A stretch of 64,000 bases of DNA from Candidatus Woesebacteria bacterium (GTDB taxonomy: Bacteria; Patescibacteriota; Microgenomatia; UBA8517). Positions 37,261-47,008 of this stretch are shown in pieces (the stretch's first letter is position 1; every line of letters begins with the position of its first letter). The stretch lies in assembly GCA_016926185.1 (NCBI GenBank), contig JAFGPD010000010.1:1444-65443 (forward strand), written 5' to 3'. The position numbers were made by a program, and so were the translations under genes. The notes under the pieces are model-generated. The model was not told the DNA's origin. It made no database searches and worked only from the letters and a program-made list of their open reading frames with translations.

Positions 37261-38139
37261 ATGAATAAGAAATTGATAGCATTTTTAGTAGCGATCGCAG
37301 TTTTTATCTGTACTGGCACAATTTCTGTTAAAGCAGTTAAACCTGATAACCCTGGTAACTCTATGGATAATCCTTCAGTTGTTAATTCACAAAAACCTGT
37401 TAGAGATGATAATGAACAACAGCAGGGTAAAAGCAGTTTTGCTCACATAAAAACCCAAAACAATAAGTTGTATGTGATAACTGATAATAATGATGATACT
37501 GACACAGCAACCGATGAAGGTCAGGTTGAAGATGAATATGAAGTGGATGAGGATAATGGTTACAAAATAAGGGCACACGAGAATGCCTCACTCGTTATTA
37601 GAAATAAACTTGCAGCGCAAACTAATTTTCCGCTTAAGGTTAATCTAGATACAAATGAGCTGATAGTAACAACTCCAAAAGGAGAAAAGACTGTGACGAT
37701 CTTACCCGATAAGGCGGTTTTTAACATGCTTGCCGCAAATGTTTTGGACCAGTTAGGAGGGAAAGGCGGGCTGCAATGGATGGCTGATCAGATCACCCCA
37801 ACCTCGACACCTTCTGCCGACCTAAATCCAACATCTACTCCTTCAGGCATTATTACACCCAGTCCCTCGTCCTCTTCATCTGCTATTATCACTGATATTC
37901 CTGGTGAGACAGAGCAAGAAGAAGTTGTGGGAGTCGGGGAAGAATCACCTATTAAACTTGCTTTAGATAAGGATGGAAATCTTGTTTACGAGATAGATGG
38001 AATTAAAACAGAGAAGTTTTTGGGTATCTTCAAGGTAAAACTCAATAAAGTTGTGATAGTATCTGCTGAGACTGGTGAATTGATAAAAGTAAAACAGAAT
38101 CTTGCAAACAAAATATTAGATCTTCTATCTGTGGATTAA
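37261..38139 (+). CDS. Secreted hypothetical protein with Ser/Thr/Pro-rich linker
   Basis: Signal peptide MNKKLIAFLVAIAVFICTGTISVKA; PTSTPSADLNPTSTPSGIITPSPSSSSS. Confidence 0.4.
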   Translation: MNKKLIAFLVAIAVFICTGTISVKAVKPDNPGNSMDNPSVVNSQKPVRDDNEQQQGKSSFAHIKTQNNKLYVITDNNDDTDTATDEGQVEDEYEVDEDNGYKIRAHENASLVIRNKLAAQTNFPLKVNLDTNELIVTTPKGEKTVTILPDKAVFNMLAANVLDQLGGKGGLQWMADQITPTSTPSADLNPTSTPSGIITPSPSSSSSAIITDIPGETEQEEVVGVGEESPIKLALDKDGNLVYEIDGIKTEKFLGIFKVKLNKVVIVSAETGELIKVKQNLANKILDLLSVD

Positions 38140-38217
38140 GTAGAAACTAACTATTTATAAAGCTTTTTGATATAATTTCCAAGCTCTTTTAACCTAAAGA
38201 GTAAAATATATTAAATC

Positions 38218-39012
38218 ATGGTGAAAAAGTATAAAACAGGCGAAATAAAAATTACTATTCCTACTAACAAGAATGAACTATTAGAAAAGGTGCTTCGAAG
38301 TATCAATGGCAATATTGAGGTGAAAACTTTGTGGAATGTCATCAATGTCAATGCGATGGATAGGCTCGGGATGAGTGATCATGGACATGTACACTTTCAG
38401 ATAGTCGCCAACATCGCTCTTAAATTCGCACGAACACTGCATAAAGATAAAGTGAAGATGAGCTTGGAAAAGGATTATGGATTAAGTTATGATCATTCTG
38501 AGATTGTAATATTTCTTGCAAGTCTGCTTCATGATCTGGGTATGACAATTGATCGTAAAGGTCACGAAGGATTCTCACTTTTTCTTGCAAATAACATTCT
38601 TAGAGAAATGCTTGCTTTTATGAACAAAGAGGAACAAGTGATCATTACTTCTGAAGTTCTGCATGCGATAATTTCTCACAGGTCTGATGGTAAGCCATTA
38701 ACTGTCGAAGCAGGAATAGTAAGAGTTGCTGACGCTTTAGATATGAGTGAAGGCCGAACCAGGGTTTCTTATGAGAAAGGAATAATTGATATTTACAATA
38801 TTTCAGCAACAGCAATAGACAAAGTAGAGATAAAAGAGGGAAAGGATAAACCCATAAGTATCTTGATCACAATGAATAATTCTTCTGGGATCTTTCAAGT
38901 GGATGAACTATTGAAAAAGAAATTAAAAGGTTCGGGGATAGAAGATTTTGTAAGCATCAAGGCTGTGATCAAAGGTGACGAAAAAAGCCTTGTCAAAGAA
39001 TTTGAGTTTTGA
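38218..39012 (+). CDS. HD-domain phosphohydrolase
   Basis: MSDHGHVHFQ...LLHDLGMTIDRKGHEGFS...RVADALD. Confidence 0.5.
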   Translation: MVKKYKTGEIKITIPTNKNELLEKVLRSINGNIEVKTLWNVINVNAMDRLGMSDHGHVHFQIVANIALKFARTLHKDKVKMSLEKDYGLSYDHSEIVIFLASLLHDLGMTIDRKGHEGFSLFLANNILREMLAFMNKEEQVIITSEVLHAIISHRSDGKPLTVEAGIVRVADALDMSEGRTRVSYEKGIIDIYNISATAIDKVEIKEGKDKPISILITMNNSSGIFQVDELLKKKLKGSGIEDFVSIKAVIKGDEKSLVKEFEF

Positions 39013-39411
39013 TCCAGATTTTCTTCAATAGGGTGTAACTTAGATTGTCGCACATTTTCAATTGTTTTTACAGATTTTCTTTTCTTCCAAAATGGTATTT
39101 AGTTAAGTTGATGAGCAGTTTTATAGAAAGAGCATCAATAGTGTATCCTCCAGGAAATGAAAAAGATGAGTCATCAAGTTGCTGCAAAACTCCGGAACAA
39201 ATACTCGCTGAATCTTTAGGGGTGAGAACTAACAATCTCTGGTCAAACGGCGTTTCTCATCAATCGGGGCAATCAAAAGAAAGAAGAAGCATACACAATT
39301 TGCCTGATAATGTAAGAGTTGAGCATTTTATAAATAAAAGTAGCAGGTTCAGCCATTCGGATCCTGTGGAAGATCATGATAGAAGAAGAAAAATGAGAAG
39401 AGGTCATTGAA

Positions 39412-40626
39412 CTACTTGCTCACAAAAAGTATTACGTTTGGAAGGTTTCGCCCGGGACCAACTTTATATCCACCTGACCACAATGCTGTTGATCCACCAT
39501 CATCAAGATTCATCGCATTCTCAAACCCAAGCGCTTTCATTACTCTGGCGCTTTCTGCAACTGTTGCCGAGTGAACAACACCAATATATACGCTACTTCC
39601 TTTGTTGGCGACGAAACTTCTTCCGCCTTTACTTCCCTTTTTTGGATCATCGTCTCCACCAAAACGAACTTCACCATTCATGAGAAGTAGAGGATAATTC
39701 ATAAGCACTCCATTTGGTGAAGTATCCCGTCCCCATTCGGAGCCGCTTGCAACAAAGCGTACATACCCATCACCAAAGATTACCACTGGATTACCACTAT
39801 AGACATTATTGTCGGAATTAAAATAAGTCTTTTTATGGTTCATTGCCAGAAGATCAAAAGAATTGGTCTTTCCCTGACAGGAAGGATAAGTTGCAGGACA
39901 GAAATAACTTCCGTTAATACCTGCGTATGCTCCATTTCTGCTGATATATTCAGAAAGAGGTAGTACGGGACAATCATTGCCGCAGTTGCTGTCAGCTGCA
40001 GTGTCCACTATCACTTTTGTTGATGAAATATCAGCTGCAACCATGCTTACCAAAAATTGTCCCGCTTCGGGAGTATTTACGTATTGCCTTGAATAACCTG
40101 ATCCCGGAGGAGCGTTACTTTCGGGAGCAGTGACTTTCGGAGCCTGAGCTTCAGCGATCTTTTGAAGTTCACCGGAAATTTTCTTATCCAGTTCTGCTAA
40201 AGTAGCCTCTGCTGTTGCGTATTCTAAACTTGATAGCTCAGACAAAGCTCTTGCATATAATTCATCCAGTTCGGATAGATCATCATCAGTTTTTTCTTTA
40301 AGCTTAAGCAGTTCCTCATAGGAAGATACTGCCTTTTGGTAGGTATCTTCAACGTTACTCACTGTTTCATTAAGCTTTTCATTTATCTTTACCTGATCGA
40401 TATTTTTAAAATCTTCATATTCTTTACTTACTTTATCCAGTTCGGCTGCTTTTTCTTCTACTGCAGATTGAGTATCTGCTGCAGCTTGTTTTAGAGTTGA
40501 ATTTTGGTTTGCCAGATACGTAGTGATCGTCAATGAAGCGGATATAATAACTATTCCAACAATGCCAATAAAAGTACTTTTACCTTTGAATAATTTTTTG
40601 ATTTTATTTACTTTAATTTTTGACAT
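39412..40626 (-). CDS. Membrane-anchored coiled-coil protein with C-terminal phosphodiester glycosidase (NAGPA-like) domain
   Basis: TM anchor, coiled coil, C-terminal ALGFENAMNLDDGGSTALWSGG characteristic of this family. Confidence 0.55.
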   Translation of the reverse strand: MSKIKVNKIKKLFKGKSTFIGIVGIVIISASLTITTYLANQNSTLKQAAADTQSAVEEKAAELDKVSKEYEDFKNIDQVKINEKLNETVSNVEDTYQKAVSSYEELLKLKEKTDDDLSELDELYARALSELSSLEYATAEATLAELDKKISGELQKIAEAQAPKVTAPESNAPPGSGYSRQYVNTPEAGQFLVSMVAADISSTKVIVDTAADSNCGNDCPVLPLSEYISRNGAYAGINGSYFCPATYPSCQGKTNSFDLLAMNHKKTYFNSDNNVYSGNPVVIFGDGYVRFVASGSEWGRDTSPNGVLMNYPLLLMNGEVRFGGDDDPKKGSKGGRSFVANKGSSVYIGVVHSATVAESARVMKALGFENAMNLDDGGSTALWSGGYKVGPGRNLPNVILFVSK

Positions 40627-40697
40627 AATTTAGTTTACACTTTTTATAGATAATATTAATAATTTAATTATTAAAGTCTTCACAATATAATTGATGT

Positions 40698-41555
40698 ATG
40701 GTTATTAAAATTGCCCCCTGGAAGGGTAGGACAAATATGACGATTGAGAAAAGGTATAAAGATGATACCGGATCGTGGAACACCGTTAATGAAAAAGCCG
40801 AAAGCTTAAAAAAGTTCATAAGGAAAACATTGCTTACAATATTTCTGTTGTCTCTTGTTACTTTTGTTTTCCTTGTGTCATTCAACCCCCCTTTGCCCCA
40901 AAAGGATGTAATATTAGATAAGATAATTCATCAGGAACCCTATCAAAATAAGGAAATTATCGAGCAGCAGATAATTACAAAGGGTGATTATAGATATAAA
41001 GTAATACCGCAATATTCCTACGAGCTTTATGGTCTTGTTGTTTCGCAGTACAATAGCGAAAATTTTTTAGACGTTAGACACAAGAAAGACCCTGCCCAGA
41101 TCAAGGACTTGTGTGTTGTGTGGGGGGACAATATTGTAAGTGGTATTTATAAGGACATTGAGTACAAAAGTGGAGAATTCACTTGCTATGCGAAACCAAA
41201 AGAAGGTGTTGATTGGAGCGCATTTTCTATGCAAAATTTGTCCAATAATCATTTAGTTCCCGCTGATGATGAAATTGCAGACAAAATCAGAAAAGCCAAT
41301 ATTGCTGATCAGGTCTACATAAAGGGTTATTTATCAAGTTACGAGATCTATGATATTAATGGTGATCTCATTTCAAGCAGGGGAACCAGTATCAAAAGAG
41401 AGGATAGTGGTAATGGTGCTTGTGAAACAATTTTTGTTACCGATTTTGAAATTTTAAAAGGAAAAAACTACCTATATAGATATGTTCGTGACATTTCCGG
41501 AATTACAGCGGTGTTTTCATTTTTAGCCTTAGCTGTGGTTATATTGTTTCTATAA
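40698..41555 (+). CDS. Hypothetical membrane protein (TM near each terminus)
   Basis: 285 aa; alternative ATG at 40737. Confidence 0.4.
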   Translation: MVIKIAPWKGRTNMTIEKRYKDDTGSWNTVNEKAESLKKFIRKTLLTIFLLSLVTFVFLVSFNPPLPQKDVILDKIIHQEPYQNKEIIEQQIITKGDYRYKVIPQYSYELYGLVVSQYNSENFLDVRHKKDPAQIKDLCVVWGDNIVSGIYKDIEYKSGEFTCYAKPKEGVDWSAFSMQNLSNNHLVPADDEIADKIRKANIADQVYIKGYLSSYEIYDINGDLISSRGTSIKREDSGNGACETIFVTDFEILKGKNYLYRYVRDISGITAVFSFLALAVVILFL

Positions 41556-41597
41556 AATCTTTGTTATTGAGGTTGTATGTTAATATATGTGTGACAA

Positions 41598-41939
41598 ATG
41601 CAAATAAATATAAATCCAAAGGATCTCAAAATAAGTGAGAAACAGGAGTTATTTATATTTAGAAAGTTCAAAAGCCTGACAAAGATCTTGAAAAGGTTTG
41701 ATCCTGACGAAAAAACTGTTGATATACGTGTGGTAGAAGGTTCAAGATGGGGATACAAAATTAGTTTTTCAATGTGGCTTCCAAGGAAAAAACATATTTT
41801 TGCCAAAGTTAAGGGAAAGAACTTCGAAGATGCCGTTAATGAGCTCAAACAAATTGTGATAAGACAGGTCAGACAGTATAAAGAGGAGCTGACCAGGAAA
41901 GAGGTGGAAAAAGAAAAGCTTCTGGATAGTCTCAAGTAA
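41598..41939 (+). CDS. hpf: Ribosome hibernation promoting factor / RaiA (S30EA family)
   Basis: MQININPKDLKISEKQELFIFRKFKSLTKIL...VDIRVVE...FAKVKGKNFEDAVNELKQ follows the HPF layout. Confidence 0.55.
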   Translation: MQININPKDLKISEKQELFIFRKFKSLTKILKRFDPDEKTVDIRVVEGSRWGYKISFSMWLPRKKHIFAKVKGKNFEDAVNELKQIVIRQVRQYKEELTRKEVEKEKLLDSLK

Positions 41940-41943
41940 AAAT

Positions 41944-42624
41944 ATGAAAAATAAGGGAAGGATATTATTCACCGGTTTTGTTACACATGATGTTATGCGA
42001 TTTATTGTAGAAAAACCGGAAGGCTTTGAGTTCACACCTGGACAGGCTACAGAGGTTGCTATTGCCAAGGATGGTTGGGAAGACAAAAAGCGTCCTTTCA
42101 CATTTACTTCACTTGCTGATGATGAAGTATTGGAGTTTATTATTAAGGGTTATCCCGTTAAAGATAATCCGGAACATAGCGGAATGACTGAAAAACTTCA
42201 CACTTTGAAACCCGGCGATGAGCTTTTATTTGATGATCCGTGGGGCACTATTGAATACAAAGGTCCGGGTGTTTTTATCGCAGGGGGTGCCGGAATAACT
42301 CCTTTTATAGCGATCATAAGAGATCTTAAAGTAAAAAATAAACTTAAAGGAAACAAACTATTTTTTTCAAACAAAACAGCAAAAGATATCATCTTAGAAA
42401 AGGAATTAAGGGAAGCGTTTGGTGATGAGCTTTTGCTTACATTAACAAGAGAGAAGTTACCCGGTTATTCAAATGGCAGGATCAATAAGAACTTCTTGGG
42501 GAAATATGTCAAAAGATATGATCAGAATTTCTATGTCTGTGGTCCAAAGAAAATGGTTGAGGATATCAAAAAGATCTTAGATAGTTTAGGAGCAAGCTCC
42601 GATTCTTTGGTTTTTGAAGAGTGA
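41944..42624 (+). CDS. FAD/NAD(P)-binding oxidoreductase (ferredoxin-reductase-type module)
   Basis: RPFTFTS (FAD RxYS-like), GGAGITPF (NAD(P) GGxGxxP), C-terminal YVCGP. Confidence 0.6.
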   Translation: MKNKGRILFTGFVTHDVMRFIVEKPEGFEFTPGQATEVAIAKDGWEDKKRPFTFTSLADDEVLEFIIKGYPVKDNPEHSGMTEKLHTLKPGDELLFDDPWGTIEYKGPGVFIAGGAGITPFIAIIRDLKVKNKLKGNKLFFSNKTAKDIILEKELREAFGDELLLTLTREKLPGYSNGRINKNFLGKYVKRYDQNFYVCGPKKMVEDIKKILDSLGASSDSLVFEE

Positions 42625-42650
42625 TTGACCTTTATTAGAATTAAACGAAT

Positions 42651-43025
42651 ATGGATCAATTAACAAATAAGCATACTTGCCAAGCTATGGTTGTTGCCTG
42701 TATTGATTTCCGTTTTCAAAAATACTTGCGAAAATTTGAGGACGAAAATATTCATGGTGGATATGACTTATTGACCTTTGCGGGTGGTGTCAAGCAACTA
42801 GATCAGGTTTTGGAAGAAATAGATATTTCAAAAAGACTTCATGAAATTCACGAACTTTATCTGGTCAATCATGAGAATTGCGGGGCATATGGGGAGGAGA
42901 GTACCTACGAAAATCATAAAAGAGATCTAGAGAAAGCATATAACGCAGTCAAGGAAAAATATCCGGATATCAACATTCACAAGTATTATCTTCATTTGGA
43001 TGGTCAGTTTGAAAAGATCGATTAA
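42651..43025 (+). CDS. Hypothetical protein with a beta-carbonic-anhydrase-like CxDxR ... HxxCG arrangement (weak)
   Basis: VVACIDFRF and VNHENCGAYG; short (124 aa), so the assignment is tentative. Confidence 0.3.
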   Translation: MDQLTNKHTCQAMVVACIDFRFQKYLRKFEDENIHGGYDLLTFAGGVKQLDQVLEEIDISKRLHEIHELYLVNHENCGAYGEESTYENHKRDLEKAYNAVKEKYPDINIHKYYLHLDGQFEKID

Positions 43026-43052
43026 ACTGCTTGTGTTAATAAATTTTTAGTT

Positions 43053-43448
43053 ATGAATGATTTGAAAAATAAAAGTGAAGATTATTGGAAAGATAAGTTA
43101 ACCGACGAAGAATATAAGATACTTCGGGAAAAGGGTACTGAAAAGCCTTTTACTGGTGAGTTTTTGGACAACAAAGCCGATGGAACTTATGTTTGCAAAG
43201 CCTGTGGCAATCCGTTGTTTAATTCGGAAACAAAATTCAAGTCGGGAAGCGGTTGGCCGAGTTTCTATGACGTCGTTGATAAAGGAAATGTTGAGCTGAA
43301 AGAAGATAATTCCTTGGGAATGAAGAGAACGGAAGTGGTATGTGGTAACTGCGGTTCACACCTGGGACATCTATTTGAGGATGGTCCAGAGCCGACGAGG
43401 AAAAGGTATTGTATAAATTCAGCTTCATTGGAATTTACTATTAGGTGA
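43053..43448 (+). CDS. msrB: Peptide-methionine (R)-S-oxide reductase MsrB
   Basis: CKACGNPLF...SGWPSF...[21 protein letters not shown]...RYCINS. Confidence 0.85.
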   Translation: MNDLKNKSEDYWKDKLTDEEYKILREKGTEKPFTGEFLDNKADGTYVCKACGNPLFNSETKFKSGSGWPSFYDVVDKGNVELKEDNSLGMKRTEVVCGNCGSHLGHLFEDGPEPTRKRYCINSASLEFTIR

Positions 43449-43598
43449 TTTCATCCTTTTTTCAGCTAATTTGAATAATAAAAAAATCGTGTTTTACTCT
43501 ATCACTAATTATTTTTTTTGTCTCTCTTCATCTTGTATGGTTAAAAAGGAGAAAAACAAAAATAGACTTATAGTATTTTACTATATATAATAGATTAT

Positions 43599-44786
43599 AT
43601 GAAAGTGGAATTAAACTCAAACAGAACAATGGTAGGCATTCCTTTTTATGATGCAGAAGGGGAAGAAGTTCTGGAGGCATGTTTATCAGATGTTGATCGA
43701 GCATTAAACAATTTAGGTGTAGACGCACAAATTGTAGTAGGTATAAATGGTCCAATGACATGTCGTGGTTATGAACCATTATCACAGAGTATAAATAGAT
43801 CAAAATATAATGCCTCTGTTAGGTTTATAAAAACGTTGCCGGGTCAGGTAGCTGCATTAAATCAACTAGCTTGTCATGGCGTAGATATGCAATGCGAGCG
43901 AATTTTTTTAACAGATGCTGATATTTCAAGATTGCCTGATTCTTTGGGTGCGATGTGGACAGAAGGTTCAAAACCTTTAGTTGGAGCAAGGTATTCAGCT
44001 TACCCAATTGAATTGATGATGGATGCTGGAATAGAAATAAGCGACGAGGAGGCAGGGCTTATTGAAATTTTTGAAGCGGATAAACACCCTTCGGTAAGGC
44101 GGTACGTTTCTGATTTAAGACCGAAAAATAGAGTTAAGGGTAGTCTTATGTTGGTTGATATAAATTATGCACAGTCAATGCATGGTGATCAAAAAGTAAC
44201 TCCAGATAGTCGAATGAACTTTAATATTGGACAGACTGATAGGCAAATAGTTGATCGTGCTGGATTTATGCATTATCCACGTACCAGTTTGACCGATCAC
44301 ATTCAAGCGAGGGTTAGACACTTCAGAGCCGCTTCTGCTGAAGGTCGATTAGATATACAATACAGAAAGGAGTTATTTCCGAGCCCCTGCCAGGTAGAAT
44401 CAATTGCTGAACAAATTATTTTTGATGATCCTACTGCTCTAAAGGAGGTTTCGAACTTGTTGTTAAGGTCTGCTCTCAGACAAGAGGTAGCAGGTATATG
44501 TCGAGATATAGCGGATGATAGCTTTACAGAATGGTGGGGACAGCGTTTTAGTAATGAAGAGACTGACTTGAATACACTGGTGCATTCATTTCAGGAGGCT
44601 CAGTGTAGAATTTGTAGATTGTTGAGAAATGTTAATTGGCATGATCTAGATTCTGCTGCATCTAATGGACATGGTACAACACAATCTAGTAAATCTAGGA
44701 TACCAATAAATCTAGAACCATATATGAAAAATATTAATTATCGAAGAATGATTTTTTCCTACCTAGGAGTTGAAGAAGATAAATGA
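43599..44786 (+). CDS. Hypothetical protein, possible GT-A-like fold; compositionally atypical
   Basis: MVGIPFYDAEGEEVLEACLSDVD...TDADI; visibly higher GC and more Arg/Ala, fewer Lys, than neighbours. Confidence 0.35.
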   Translation: MKVELNSNRTMVGIPFYDAEGEEVLEACLSDVDRALNNLGVDAQIVVGINGPMTCRGYEPLSQSINRSKYNASVRFIKTLPGQVAALNQLACHGVDMQCERIFLTDADISRLPDSLGAMWTEGSKPLVGARYSAYPIELMMDAGIEISDEEAGLIEIFEADKHPSVRRYVSDLRPKNRVKGSLMLVDINYAQSMHGDQKVTPDSRMNFNIGQTDRQIVDRAGFMHYPRTSLTDHIQARVRHFRAASAEGRLDIQYRKELFPSPCQVESIAEQIIFDDPTALKEVSNLLLRSALRQEVAGICRDIADDSFTEWWGQRFSNEETDLNTLVHSFQEAQCRICRLLRNVNWHDLDSAASNGHGTTQSSKSRIPINLEPYMKNINYRRMIFSYLGVEEDK

Positions 44787-44794
44787 TATAACAT

Positions 44795-45502
44795 ATGTTT
44801 TTATTGATTAATAAACCAAAAGGGATTACTTCGCATGATGTGGTGAATAGAATTAGGAGATTGGTAAACACCTACCCTGCTACGCCAAGGCTTCGTAGGG
44901 CAAGGATTGGGCATGCGGGGACATTGGATCCGAATGCTACGGGACTTTTAATAGTCGGTATCGGAAGAGAGTCTACGAAGAAGTTGGGAATGTTAGCAAA
45001 AGATACGACAAAGACATATATTGCAGAGATCGTTTTGGGGGAAGAGAGAGAGACGGATGATGTAGAGGGAAATATTCGAAATACTAAATACGAAATACTA
45101 AATACTAAACAAATTACAAATTCCAAAATTCAAACAGTATTAAAACAATTCATCGGACAGCAGAAGCAGTTGCCACCGGAGTATTCTGCGATAAAGATAA
45201 AAGGCAAAAAAGCATATGAGCTGGCAAGAAAGGGAAAAGATGTGAAGCTTGAAGCAAGAAAAATAGTGATTCATTCCATTAAACTTCTAGGATACATTTA
45301 TCCAAAGCTGGAAATTGAATGTGAAGTTTCCTCAGGAACATATCTTCGGGCACTGGCCAGAGATATTGGAAGAAAGCTGGGTACAGGTGCATATTTGAAA
45401 AACCTCAAAAGAACTGCAATAGGAAAGTATGAACTTAAAGATGCGATCAAGTTAGACAAAATAACTTTGGAGAATTTGAAAAGCTTCAGTTTTGAGATTT
45501 AA
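44795..45502 (+). CDS. truB: tRNA pseudouridine(55) synthase
   Basis: GHAGTLDPNATGLLIVGIG catalytic-Asp motif. Confidence 0.85.
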   Translation: MFLLINKPKGITSHDVVNRIRRLVNTYPATPRLRRARIGHAGTLDPNATGLLIVGIGRESTKKLGMLAKDTTKTYIAEIVLGEERETDDVEGNIRNTKYEILNTKQITNSKIQTVLKQFIGQQKQLPPEYSAIKIKGKKAYELARKGKDVKLEARKIVIHSIKLLGYIYPKLEIECEVSSGTYLRALARDIGRKLGTGAYLKNLKRTAIGKYELKDAIKLDKITLENLKSFSFEI

Positions 45503-45655
45503 ATTTCTGTCATTTGTCATTCGAATAAGTTATTTTGAATATGGGATTTTCTAATTTATTTTTGTTGAGCAAAGAAGTTTTTATATTATGACGCTGTTAT
45601 GCTACTTATGCTATTGCCAGTGACTGTGCCAGAGCCTGAAAGATAAAATTGTCAT

Positions 45656-45681
45656 TGTTCCGTTGTCTAGACAACGGAACA
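45656..45681. terminator. Strong 12-bp perfect hairpin TGTTCCGTTGTC-TAGA-GACAACGGAACA
   Basis: Read directly; followed by an AT-rich tract; about 150 nt after the truB stop. Confidence 0.4.
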
Positions 45682-45842
45682 GTTAATTTGTAAGACTTTT
45701 GTAGTACTTTTTTAAGACTTTAGACTCAGATGCAGATATTCATATATTAAGATGTTCGGATGTCCAATTTCAACATGGTTTATTAAATGTCGGTATGATG
45801 TATGAACGGAAATCTTATGAGCTTAACTTGTGTATACTATAA

Positions 45843-46616
45843 ATGTTTATGAATGCCTTAAATTATATTTTATTAGGAGTTGTTCAGGGATTGACGGAAT
45901 TTCTTCCTGTTTCTTCATCAGGACATTTGGTAATATTTCAGAGCATTTTACCCGGAGTTAACGAGCCGGGAATTATTCTCGAGGCATTTTTGCACGCTGG
46001 GACTTTACTTTCAGTTATTTATTTTTTTCGAAAGACATTTTTTAGGAAAAATATTAAATATTGGATATTGATCTGTATTTCTACTATTCCTGCAGTCTTG
46101 GTTGGGCTTTTCTTAAACGATCACGCTGAAAAGCTTTTCACTAATATCAGGGTCGTTGGTGTTGCACTTTTAATTACTGGTTTTATTAACTTCGCGACAG
46201 GCAAGATCAGATCAAAGATAAGGGAATCAGTGGCTTTTGAAAAATTTAACATGAAAGATATTTCAAATTCTTTAATAATTGGAGTTTTTCAGGCTGTTGC
46301 AATAGTCCCCGGAATATCACGTTCAGGTTCGACAATATTTGCCGGAAGAAAGCTGGGCTTAAGCAAAAATGATGCGGCGCAATTTTCTTTTTTAATGTCT
46401 ATTCCCGCAATACTTGGTGCGAACGCTTTCGAATTTGTGACCAGCAATAAAATTAATAGTGACTTTAACTATTTATATCTTATTGGATTTATATTTTCTT
46501 TTTTGTCAGGAGTGATCGCGATAAAGATCGTAATTAGATTTTTAGAAACGGCAAAATACGAATACTTTTCCTTTTATGTTTTTATTGTAGGAGTATTGGT
46601 GTTAATTATATCTTGA
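45843..46616 (+). CDS. uppP: Undecaprenyl-diphosphatase
   Basis: VSSSGHLV... and GISRSGSTIFAG signature, 7-8 TM. Confidence 0.8.
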   Translation: MFMNALNYILLGVVQGLTEFLPVSSSGHLVIFQSILPGVNEPGIILEAFLHAGTLLSVIYFFRKTFFRKNIKYWILICISTIPAVLVGLFLNDHAEKLFTNIRVVGVALLITGFINFATGKIRSKIRESVAFEKFNMKDISNSLIIGVFQAVAIVPGISRSGSTIFAGRKLGLSKNDAAQFSFLMSIPAILGANAFEFVTSNKINSDFNYLYLIGFIFSFLSGVIAIKIVIRFLETAKYEYFSFYVFIVGVLVLIIS

Positions 46617-46979
46617 AGCAAACTCCAAAAACTTCGGAATAAATAAAAACAAACCGATAATAACAGACATCATTGCTGCCAGAAGGACCATTGCAGCTGA
46701 GACATCTTTGGCAACTTTTGCCTCAGGACGAATTTCTGGACTAACAAGATTTACTAGTGCTTCAAGCATCGTATTGAGTAGCTCTAAAATTAGGACAAAA
46801 AATATTGTAAATGCCAAAAGTGCAAATTCAGAAAAATCCAGTTGAAGAAGAATTGCCATAATTAGCACTATGGTTGTGATAGTTAAATGAATACGAAAGT
46901 TCGGCTCTCTTGTAATGGCAGTCTTCAATCCCGTAAAAGCATACTTGAAACTTTTTATAGTTGAATGTTTTTTCAACAT
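46602..46979 (-). CDS. dgkA: Diacylglycerol/undecaprenol kinase (prokaryotic DAGK family)
   Basis: 125 aa, 3 TM; SFKYAFTGLKTAITRE...ELLNTMLEALVN; 15-nt convergent overlap with uppP. Confidence 0.65.
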   Translation of the reverse strand: MLKKHSTIKSFKYAFTGLKTAITREPNFRIHLTITTIVLIMAILLQLDFSEFALLAFTIFFVLILELLNTMLEALVNLVSPEIRPEAKVAKDVSAAMVLLAAMMSVIIGLFLFIPKFLEFASRYN

Positions 46980-47008
46980 TTTACGTCTTTCTTATTTAAC
47001 CAGATTAT

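Noticed and set aside
39045-39410. 121-aa plus-strand ORF between the HD gene and the phosphodiester-glycosidase gene
   Set aside because: No start context, odd composition (Cys/Ser/Arg-rich), no motif. It lies in the 3' region of the convergent minus-strand gene. Treated as doubtful.
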